Source: Candidatus Thorarchaeota archaeon
Lineage (GTDB): Archaea > Asgardarchaeota > Thorarchaeia > Thorarchaeales > Thorarchaeaceae
DNA length: 13,805 nt
Reading direction: 5' to 3'
NCBI GenBank assembly: GCA_046758445.1
Contig: JBHIAE010000068.1
Coordinates: 1-13,805, forward strand
Both the position numbers and the translations under genes were made by a program. Below are positions 1 through 7,203 of the stretch, in pieces. The notes beneath the pieces were generated by a model. It searched no databases and was not told where the DNA came from. It worked only from the letters and a program-made list of their open reading frames with translations. Each line of letters opens with the position of its first letter. Position 1 is the stretch's first letter.

Positions 1-168
1 TCCCGCAAACGTGATTGGGCGGATGTCTTCCAACCCGAACTTTATGATGACCCATGAGGAGGCCCAAAGCACTGTGACAAAGAGGGCCTCACCTACTGCC
101 CTGTAGTGCCGACCGGTAGCTGTTTCTGTTTCAGCGTTCCTGATATCGAAATCAGACTCCGAGGTCAT
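1..168 (-). CDS. DMT/EamA family transporter, N-terminal part (runs off the window edge)
   Basis: Not in the ORF track. Manual translation of the minus strand from ATG at 168 gives MTSESDFDIRNAETETATGRHYRAVGEALFVTVLWASSWVIIKFGLEDIRPITFAG. The LW(A/G)SSW..IK.GL...P..FA pattern is typical of the first EamA helices. GGTGA RBS lies upstream. Confidence 0.8.
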   Translation of the reverse strand, partial: MTSESDFDIRNAETETATGRHYRAVGEALFVTVLWASSWVIIKFGLEDIRPITFAG

Positions 169-244
169 CTGACATGCTTCACCTGCTTCATCCGAATGAT
201 TAATCATAGATTATTCTAGTGCCGTCGTAAGACGGGTGCTTATA

Positions 245-889
245 ATGGTGATACAGTGCACGATTGAGGTTGGAGCTGAGGACTACTACTCATGTGATTT
301 GACCCGGCAGATTCCTGTTCGTGTGACACTTGTGACCATCAATCAGGACACGGGGTTTGGAATCACTGAGTCTTTGGATGGGGACGAGGCATCAATCCAA
401 GCCTATGTCAAGGGACTTGAAGGCTCGCCGAGTATTCGTAAGGTGGAGATTATACACAAGTCCTCTGATGCATATTGGACGCGAGTAGTTCATCAACTTG
501 ACAAAGACTCTATTCATGAAACAATCCTGCAAAGTGGATGCATGACTCGCCTTCCAATAGTGATCGAACGTGGACTACAATATCATATTGTACTGGCTCC
601 CTCCCAAAGTACTCTGAGTAACCTTATTCGAACGCTCAGAACGCGTTTCGCGCATGTGAGTATAAGGAAATTGAAGTCCCAACCAACTGCATCAATTCCA
701 GTACTGCTCACAGAGAAACAACAGGAAGCCTTTCTCTTGGCCTATCGGTCAGGCTATTACGAGATGCCACGCAAGTCACGCATTGGAGAGCTATGTAAGA
801 AGTTGGGCATAAGACGCGTTGCAATGCAAGAGCGACTAAGGCGTGCTGAGATGAGAATCCTGTCAGACTTCGCAGACGCTCTGACTTGA
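245..889 (+). CDS. Bacterio-opsin activator-type (HTH_10) helix-turn-helix transcriptional regulator
   Basis: C-terminal LTEKQQEAFLLAYRSGYYEMPRK..IGELCKKLGI...MQERLRRAE matches the archaeal HTH_10 pattern. ATG at 245 follows a GGGTG RBS (234-238); the ORF track start is 236. Confidence 0.85.
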   Translation: MVIQCTIEVGAEDYYSCDLTRQIPVRVTLVTINQDTGFGITESLDGDEASIQAYVKGLEGSPSIRKVEIIHKSSDAYWTRVVHQLDKDSIHETILQSGCMTRLPIVIERGLQYHIVLAPSQSTLSNLIRTLRTRFAHVSIRKLKSQPTASIPVLLTEKQQEAFLLAYRSGYYEMPRKSRIGELCKKLGIRRVAMQERLRRAEMRILSDFADALT

Positions 890-934
890 ACGTTTCAGAA
901 TTTGATTCTCTTGAAGTATTCAAGGCATTGAAGG

Positions 935-1423
935 TCAAGTCAGGACAAGTTCGTATAGCTCAACATCTGCTCCCCAGAAATGTCGTTTCAGGTGGCCACA
1001 CTTCACAAAGCCCAGTTTCTTGTAGAGTGATATTGCCTCCTTGAGGATAGGAACCGTATCTAGCCACACCTTGAACGCACCGCTGTTCTTGGCGTATTGA
1101 ATTACCTTCTTGGTTAGAGCAGTACCGATACCCTGTCTTCTATAGGTCTTCTCAATTGCCATGTGAGTGAGAAGACAAGCCCCATGCTCCAAAATACAAC
1201 CCACTACACCGACAATCTCATCATCATCCAAAGCAACAAAATAGGTTTCACGTCCCAACCACGTCTTCATCTCCTCAGGAGAAGGCTGCCTCGATATTCT
1301 CAATTCATCTGGGAATTCATCTCTGTACTCGTCCCAAACATCCTTGTAGAGCCCTGAGATCTGCTCGGCATCAGTGGACTTCGCCCGTCTAATTGATGTA
1401 TGGTCATTCACTGTCACGCTCAT
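935..1423 (-). CDS. GNAT family N-acetyltransferase
   Basis: Acetyl-CoA motif A (YRRQGIGTAL) and AISLYKKLGF. ATG at 1423 lies 1 nt past the tkt stop; the alternative TTG start is 1438. Confidence 0.85.
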   Translation of the reverse strand: MSVTVNDHTSIRRAKSTDAEQISGLYKDVWDEYRDEFPDELRISRQPSPEEMKTWLGRETYFVALDDDEIVGVVGCILEHGACLLTHMAIEKTYRRQGIGTALTKKVIQYAKNSGAFKVWLDTVPILKEAISLYKKLGFVKCGHLKRHFWGADVELYELVLT

Positions 1424-1424
1424 C

Positions 1425-3437
1425 TCATCCTCGGCCAATCAGCCTCTTAGCATGTGCGATGACACTGTCTACCGTGAAACCATATTTCTCAAAGAGAACT
1501 CCATATGGTGCCGACGAACCGAATCTGTCAATAGACATTATCGCCCCGCAATCGCCCACCCACCGCTCCCATCCTTGTGATCTGCCTGCCTCAACTGCAA
1601 GACGTGCAGTAGTGGTCGGTCGGAGGACTGAGTCACGGTAGTCCTTGTCCTGTGCTTGGAAGAGCTCCCAGCTGGGGAAGGAAACCAGTCTTACATTAAC
1701 TCCCTCATTAGCAAGCTTCTGACCGGCTTTGACTATCAGATTGACCTCTGAGCCGGTCCCCATCAAGATGATGTCAGGGTCCCCTTTCCCTAGGTCGGCC
1801 AACACATAGGCACCCTTTGCTAGTCCCTTTGCAGAACCGTATTCCTTGCGATTGAGGATGGGAATCTTCTGGCGACTCAAGGCCATCAGCGTTGGCCCCT
1901 CAGTGCGAGTAATGGCGATTCTCCATGCCTCAACAACCTCGTTTGCATCACATGGTCGGATTACGACAAGGTCAGGGATTGCGCGTAGCGAAACCAACTG
2001 CTCCACTGGTTGATGGGTCGGTCCATCTTCTCCAAGGCCGACACTGTCATGCGTGAATACCCATATGCTCCGATGTCGCGAGAGGGCTGAGATGCGGATT
2101 GCAGGTCTCATGTAATCGGAGAAGATAAGGAATGAAGCTCCAAAAGGCAAGATTCCGCCATGAGCAGCCAGGCCATTGACGATTCCGCCCATTATGTGTT
2201 CGCGTACTCCAAAGAAGAAGTTGCGTCCCTCAGGGGTATCTTTCTGAAACGCGATGCTCTCTTTAATCCAAGTCTTCGTCGAACCAGTGAGGTCTGCTGA
2301 GCCGCCCACTAGTTCTGGTAATAGTGGGGCAACCACGTTAATGACATCTCCAGACGGATTTCGTGTTGCGACCCCTGATTCATCCTCATCATATGAAGGA
2401 AGGTCTGCATCCCAGTCTGCTGGAAGTTCGCCCTGAACGCGACGGGTCAGCTCATCGGCAAGTTCTGGATGTGCCTTCCGATAGGCTTCTAGTTTCTTCT
2501 GCCAGTCAGATTCGAGCTTCTCGCCTCTAGAAATGGCCTCGCGGAAGTATTCTAGCACGTCATCTGGGACATAGAACATTGGCTCAAGGGGCCAACCAAG
2601 CTTCTTCTTGGCCCCTTCCAGCTCTTCCCAACCCGGTGGTTCTCCATGCGCCTTGGCCGTGTCCTGTCTTGTTGGCAAGCCATAGCCTATGTGGGTACGA
2701 CACAGGATTATCGACGGGCGGGGGTCCTCCTTTGCTTTCTTTATGGCCACATCAATCGCATCTACATCATTACCATTAGATACACTCTGAACGTGCCAGC
2801 CTAGGGCTTCAAAGCGAGCTCCTCTATCTTCAGTGAATGTGATGTCGGTGCTTCCATCGATTGAAACTCGGTTGTCGTCGTAAAGGAGCACCAGCTTCCC
2901 TAATTGAAAATGCCCTGCCAATGAAGCCGCCTCGTAGGATATCCCCTCCATGAGATCGCCATCGGTGACAATTGCATAGGTGTAGTGGTCGACAATGTCG
3001 TGATTCGGTCGGTTGAATACTGCAGCCAAGTGTTTCTCTGCTATCGCCATCCCGACAGAGTTTCCAAGTCCTTGTCCAAGCGGACCGGTGGTAACCTCGA
3101 CACCTGGGGTGCAGAAGCACTCGGGATGACCAGGAGTACGGCTTTCCCATTGCCGGAAGTTCTCTATCTCTTCTTTCGGCAGGTCATATCCAGTAAGATA
3201 GAGTAGTGAATAGAGTAACATAGACCCATGACCCCCGGAAAGGACAAAGCGGTCACGATCAGCCCAATCTGGATTGCGTGGATTGAAGCGCAGGTGTCTT
3301 GTCCAAAGGGTGTAAGCCATGGCGGCGGCGCCCATTGGCATCCCAGGATGACCGGAGTTAGCTGATTGTACAGCATCGGCAGACAAGAATCTGATAGTAT
3401 TGATAGCTCGTGCCTCAAGATCTGATTGGGGGGACAT
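1425..3437 (-). CDS. tkt: Transketolase (single-chain, bacterial type)
   Basis: [33 protein letters not shown], ThDP motif DGDLMEG...[32 protein letters not shown] upstream. Confidence 0.97.
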   Translation of the reverse strand: MSPQSDLEARAINTIRFLSADAVQSANSGHPGMPMGAAAMAYTLWTRHLRFNPRNPDWADRDRFVLSGGHGSMLLYSLLYLTGYDLPKEEIENFRQWESRTPGHPECFCTPGVEVTTGPLGQGLGNSVGMAIAEKHLAAVFNRPNHDIVDHYTYAIVTDGDLMEGISYEAASLAGHFQLGKLVLLYDDNRVSIDGSTDITFTEDRGARFEALGWHVQSVSNGNDVDAIDVAIKKAKEDPRPSIILCRTHIGYGLPTRQDTAKAHGEPPGWEELEGAKKKLGWPLEPMFYVPDDVLEYFREAISRGEKLESDWQKKLEAYRKAHPELADELTRRVQGELPADWDADLPSYDEDESGVATRNPSGDVINVVAPLLPELVGGSADLTGSTKTWIKESIAFQKDTPEGRNFFFGVREHIMGGIVNGLAAHGGILPFGASFLIFSDYMRPAIRISALSRHRSIWVFTHDSVGLGEDGPTHQPVEQLVSLRAIPDLVVIRPCDANEVVEAWRIAITRTEGPTLMALSRQKIPILNRKEYGSAKGLAKGAYVLADLGKGDPDIILMGTGSEVNLIVKAGQKLANEGVNVRLVSFPSWELFQAQDKDYRDSVLRPTTTARLAVEAGRSQGWERWVGDCGAIMSIDRFGSSAPYGVLFEKYGFTVDSVIAHAKRLIGRG

Positions 3438-3634
3438 GTCGGTAATCCTCCTCAGGAACGTTCCAGATTCGAGATAGTGGCTAGGGTAGTAGCCTTACAG
3501 GGAAGATTTGGTTGTTACGCTTGTCGTCATCTCTACCCCTATACAACTCTTGTCGTTGTCTGACAATGGCAAGGAACACCCTGATGCTGGCGCTCCGATA
3601 GACAGTGAACTCAACTTCGGAATACTAAGAACGC

Positions 3635-4204
3635 TCACTCTTCGCCCACGAAGGTCCCAGGTGGATACATTTCCAAGAACTCGTGCCTCAGGATGTCCAT
3701 TGCTAGAAAATCATGGAACTCGCCCTGCATGTAGATTGCCTTCCTGAAGAAACCACATCTCTTGAAGCCAGCTTTCTCATACGCACGTTGTCCTCTCTCG
3801 TTGAACGCTGTGGTGTACAGATAGATGCTGTTCAGGCCAAAGACATGAAACCCAATCCATAGCATTACTCTGGTGGCATCAGTTCCGTACCCCTTTCCGA
3901 AGTTCTCAGGATCGTGAATTGCGATTCCAAATTCTGCCCTCTGACTTGCCCTGTTTATGTCGAATAGACTCACCGTTCCCAAGAATTCGCCAGTCTTCTT
4001 GTCTTCAATGGCCAGGGTCATTTCTCCATCCTTCCATGGGTCGGATTTCGTGACCTTCTCTAGCCACTCCCTCTCCCTGTTCTCGGACATTGGTACTGCG
4101 CTTGCCAGAAAACGTCGCATCTCGAACGTGTTCCAGCCTTTCACTATGTCATCAAGATCTGACATCTCCATTGCGCGCAACTTGACCTTTTCACCGTAGT
4201 ACAT
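3635..4204 (-). CDS. GNAT family acetyltransferase, RimJ/RimL-like
   Basis: VKLRAME..D, RAEFGIAI, GKGYGTDA, N.RGQRAYEKAGF, G.FHD...M.IL. Confidence 0.88.
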   Translation of the reverse strand: MYYGEKVKLRAMEMSDLDDIVKGWNTFEMRRFLASAVPMSENREREWLEKVTKSDPWKDGEMTLAIEDKKTGEFLGTVSLFDINRASQRAEFGIAIHDPENFGKGYGTDATRVMLWIGFHVFGLNSIYLYTTAFNERGQRAYEKAGFKRCGFFRKAIYMQGEFHDFLAMDILRHEFLEMYPPGTFVGEE

Positions 4205-4421
4205 ACGGATGCGTGGAATTCATTGTGGTTAAGAATGCTACCATCTTTCTAGACCCAGATACCCCGGGACAACCTGAAGCAGATTGAAGTTGTCTGTGAG
4301 TTACCGTAGAGGTAGAATTTGCTAGACCAATTGGTTCTGGAAGACACTTGAATGGAAACGGGCTGGGCCTTGGCCCACAGTAAGAGCAGGCCAAATCCCA
4401 TAATAAACAGCCAAGTTTCTA

Positions 4422-4832
4422 CTAGAGCTTCAGCTCTGCTTCACTCTTCCAGAGTCCATGAATGTTGCAGTATGAAGTGGCCATCAGAGTCCCTGACTTC
4501 TCGGTCTTAAAGACAAATACCGCGATTGGCTCACTGTATATCGTGCTCGAGTCAGCTCCTTGGGCCGACTCACCATGGTGGTCAAAAGTTGTGTACCCGA
4601 TCTCAATCGGAAACTTTTCTCCATCCGGGATGAAAAACGCGTCCGCCCATCGCATTGGACGTATCGAAGTGATATGTCATTTAATGTGGTGCGCCGTCGT
4701 ATTCGGATGGGGAATCTCTTTCCCTACTGAAACCCTGATTTCGACTTTTCCGTCCTCTATCTTCACAATCTCAATGACAGGAACATGTTTCTCGGTTTTC
4801 CAGTCATCAGTCTGTATCCATTTCTTCGACAT
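4422..4832 (-). CDS. sor: Superoxide reductase (neelaredoxin / 1Fe-SOR), two exons: 4832-4681 and 4650-4422, 126 aa after joining
   Basis: Exon 1 (not in ORF track): MSKKWIQTDDWKTEKHVPVIEIVKIEDGKVEIRVSVGKEIPHPNTTAHHI. Exon 2: (K)WADAFFIPDGEKFPIEIG...YCNIHGLWKSEAELKL. All iron ligands are present (E14, H16, H42, H48, C112, H115). GGAGG RBS upstream of ATG 4832. Confidence 0.92.
4651..4680 (-). other. Putative 30-nt bulge-helix-bulge (BHB) intron in the sor mRNA
   Basis: Minus-strand insert AUGACAUAUCACUUCGAUACGUCCAAUGCG carries an in-frame UGA. The junctions form a CAUU/AAUG 4-bp helix flanked by 3-nt bulges AAA and CGA, an exon stem CCA/UGG + CGC/GCG, and an internal hairpin GACAUAUC-ACUUC-GAUACGUC. 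Confidence 0.85.
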
Positions 4833-4916
4833 CTAATTTCCTCCCTCAAAGCAATAGGATACTCAGGATTTCGTTTCAGCGACATAAAACAGTTCGCTTA
4901 GGTACGAAGATAACCA

Positions 4917-6410
4917 TCAGTGTTCCAGCTTCTCCAGTTGACTAAGGGTCCATTTGCCTCTCTCTGACAGAGCATAGTAACTCCTCCGCCTGTTCTCGTG
5001 GGTCTGCTCTGTCCGAGTGCTGATTACAAGTCCGCTACTGGTGAGTTCGGTGAGATGCTGATACACACTCGGAATCTTGAGATTCAGTCCGTGCGTGTCC
5101 CTGAGTGATTTCCAAATACCATAGCCATATGACTCTCCTCCAGAGAGTATTCGGAGGATTTGGATCTTGGTCTGACCAAGCTTTGTAGATGCTCTTCGCC
5201 GTTCCACTCTGCTTAGGAGATGCTCTAGATTGCCCTTGCCCCTCACGAATGTCCGCGCTATCTCTGGATACTTCAGTCCCATTCCTGTAATGACACAGAC
5301 AACTTTGTCATCGTGATCAATACGGCCTGAGGCAACTAACTTACGAAGAACGGCCACAGTGGTTGCAGAAGCCGGTTCTGCGAAGACTCCTTCAAGTCTG
5401 GCGAGGAGCCTTACTGCTTCCAATATTTCTCTGTCTGATACTGCCATGGCCAAGCCACGGGATTCACGAATGGCCGCCAGTGCGGCGCGTCCACAGAGAG
5501 GGTTCTTCACTCCGATATCATATGCGACTGTTGTAACCATCGAAGCCGGAGCGATGGTCTTCTTTCCTTTCTCAAATGCATCAGCGATGGGTGAACAGCC
5601 AGTCGCCTGAGTACCCACTAGCCGGACTTCAGAGTCCAAGATCAAACCGATTTGCTCTAACTCTCTGAGCCCCTTCCAAATCATCGAAACGTGTCCGCCA
5701 TTACCCATAGGGGCTACAATCCAGTCAGGTGTGGTCCATCCCAGCTGGTCACAAATCTCATAGACGGTTGTCTTCTCCCCCTCCAAGAAATGAGGGTTCT
5801 GAGCCGTGACGTAATGGCTTCTACCACCTTCCCGCAGTGCCCTTGCCACTGCCTCATCATGATTCTTCACCACCTCAACATCAGAAGCATATGCCAAGAT
5901 CTGGTAGAACTTGCCAATGTCCACACTGCTCTGTTGCCCGATGAAGACTTTGCTCTTGAAACCTGCTCGAGCTGCATATGCCACAAGAGAAGCGGCCAGG
6001 TTGCCAGTGGAACCACAGCAGACAGACTTGATCCCACGTTCCTTTGCCGCAGAAATCTCAACTGCCGTCCCTCTGTCGATGAACGCTCCTGTCGGGTTGG
6101 TTGTCTCGTCCTTCAGATATAGCTCGTCTAGTTCGACCTCCTTGGCAAGTCGGTCCGACTTGTGAAGATATGTCCCTCCTTCCCCCAATGAAACCCTGTT
6201 GCCCTGTTTCGCAATGGGTAGAAGCTCGAAGTACTTCCAGACGCTGGGTCTGCGGTTCCTGAGCTTCCTTGCACTTAACCTGTTTCTGATACTTTCAAGG
6301 TCATATTCAATCTGTAGTGCGTTTCCACATTCAGTACAGATTGCCATGTACATCTCTGCCTTGTAGTCCTCACCGCAATGTGTACAAATGAGTCTGGAGA
6401 GAAATGACAT
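4917..6410 (-). CDS. Threonine-synthase-like (fold-type II PLP) domain lacking the catalytic Lys, fused to a C-terminal PadR-type winged HTH; probable transcriptional regulator
   Basis: N-terminal CxxC...CxxC ribbon, SLGEGGT, LYLKDETTNPTGAFIDRG (I where ThrC has K), STGNLAASLVAYAARAG, PMGNGG, EPASA, TGMGLK. C-terminal ILRILSGGESYGYGIWKSL...SVYQHLTEL..SGLV...RRRSYYALSERG is PadR-like. Confidence 0.85.
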   Translation of the reverse strand: MSFLSRLICTHCGEDYKAEMYMAICTECGNALQIEYDLESIRNRLSARKLRNRRPSVWKYFELLPIAKQGNRVSLGEGGTYLHKSDRLAKEVELDELYLKDETTNPTGAFIDRGTAVEISAAKERGIKSVCCGSTGNLAASLVAYAARAGFKSKVFIGQQSSVDIGKFYQILAYASDVEVVKNHDEAVARALREGGRSHYVTAQNPHFLEGEKTTVYEICDQLGWTTPDWIVAPMGNGGHVSMIWKGLRELEQIGLILDSEVRLVGTQATGCSPIADAFEKGKKTIAPASMVTTVAYDIGVKNPLCGRAALAAIRESRGLAMAVSDREILEAVRLLARLEGVFAEPASATTVAVLRKLVASGRIDHDDKVVCVITGMGLKYPEIARTFVRGKGNLEHLLSRVERRRASTKLGQTKIQILRILSGGESYGYGIWKSLRDTHGLNLKIPSVYQHLTELTSSGLVISTRTEQTHENRRRSYYALSERGKWTLSQLEKLEH

Positions 6411-6420
6411 CGTGGACTCG

Positions 6421-6434
6421 GCCTATATATAGGC
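6421..6434. promoter_or_regulatory. Perfect 14-bp palindrome GCCTATATATAGGC, candidate operator in a divergent promoter
   Basis: Exact inverted symmetry. It lies between the ThrC-PadR start (6410) and a TATA-like TTATATATT at 6441-6449, upstream of the divergent ECF gene. Confidence 0.5.
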
Positions 6435-6481
6435 TCAAAGTTATATATTCCCTTTGCATTCTCCATCTTGGGTGAGCAAGG

Positions 6482-7075
6482 CTGGAGTACTTCGTTTCAA
6501 AGACATCGGACACCTCACTCTATGTAGCTCTTCTAGCAATACTGACTGCATTGACTACTGTTGCCACGGCGGTACTCGTAGTGCCGTTTCCCTCCACACA
6601 AGGTTATTTCAATCTCGGAGACTCTCTTGTGATGATAAGTGGATTCCTCCTCGGTCCTGCTGGAGGGTTTTTTGCAGGAGGAGTGGGCTCCGCAATGGCC
6701 GATCTGATTCTTGGATTTCCGGGATTTGCCCCAATCACTTTCATCGCGAAAGGTCTGGAAGGCCTTGTGGTTGGTTTCCTGAGCTTTCGGACAATGCGAA
6801 AGAAGACTCTCAGTGGATGGGACATACTCGGACTGCTCCTAGGTTCAGTAGCGATGCTGTTGGGCTACCTACTTGGAGAGATGTTCATGCTCGGCTACAC
6901 ATTTGAGGTGGCGGCATTGGAGCTTGTCACCATCAACTCTATCCAGGTGACAATGGGATCGATAGTCACAATTCTAATAGGACCCCTCTTGAGAGTCTAC
7001 CTTAGAGATGTTCTTTACGAGCCTCCTGCCACGTCACCATGGGAATTGGAAACTGAAGCAGCAGCTGACCATTAG
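6482..7075 (+). CDS. ECF transporter S component (substrate-binding membrane subunit)
   Basis: Hydrophobic multi-helix protein with P.TQGYFNLGDS...GFLLGP..GFFAGGVGSAMADL..GF..FAPITFIAKGLEG. The frame stays open upstream of the ORF-track TTG (6551) to a CTG at 6482 that follows GGTGA (6471-6475). Confidence 0.85.
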   Translation: MEYFVSKTSDTSLYVALLAILTALTTVATAVLVVPFPSTQGYFNLGDSLVMISGFLLGPAGGFFAGGVGSAMADLILGFPGFAPITFIAKGLEGLVVGFLSFRTMRKKTLSGWDILGLLLGSVAMLLGYLLGEMFMLGYTFEVAALELVTINSIQVTMGSIVTILIGPLLRVYLRDVLYEPPATSPWELETEAAADH

Positions 7076-7203
7076 ATCTCGCATCCGATATGAAATCTCC
7101 TCCTCCGCGTCCTGACAGTCAGAATCGTTATTTAGGGTGGACCGCTCTAATAGGTTGTCTAGCTGGTCTAGATACCTTCTAGACCTTAGCGGGTGTTCGT
7201 TAC

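Noticed and set aside
4205-4421. Hairpins (TGGGCCTTGGCCCA, GACAAC...GTTGTC) and a 67-aa ORF downstream of sor
   Set aside because: No recognisable RNA family or SECIS pattern, and the ORF looks spurious.
4422-4655. 77-aa ORF as an independent gene (and the 4462-4836 plus-strand ORF)
   Set aside because: The first is exon 2 of sor starting from an intron-internal ATG. The second is its antisense shadow.
4677-4679. In-frame UGA in sor as a selenocysteine or readthrough codon
   Set aside because: It does not align with a Cys ligand. Readthrough would add 10 extra residues in the conserved HHIxW strand. I saw no convincing SECIS downstream, and the BHB geometry explains the insert exactly.
4648-4680. 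Insert as a transposon footprint with a 3-bp ATG target-site duplication, making sor a pseudogene
   Set aside because: The ATG repeat exists, but the exons carry no other lesions and the two 3-nt bulges around a 4-bp helix predict the precise junction. It is less likely, not formally excluded.
6454-6906. 150-aa alternative-frame ORF overlapping the ECF gene, or a frameshifted N-terminus
   Set aside because: Its composition is not protein-like, and the ECF frame itself is open back to an RBS-associated CTG.
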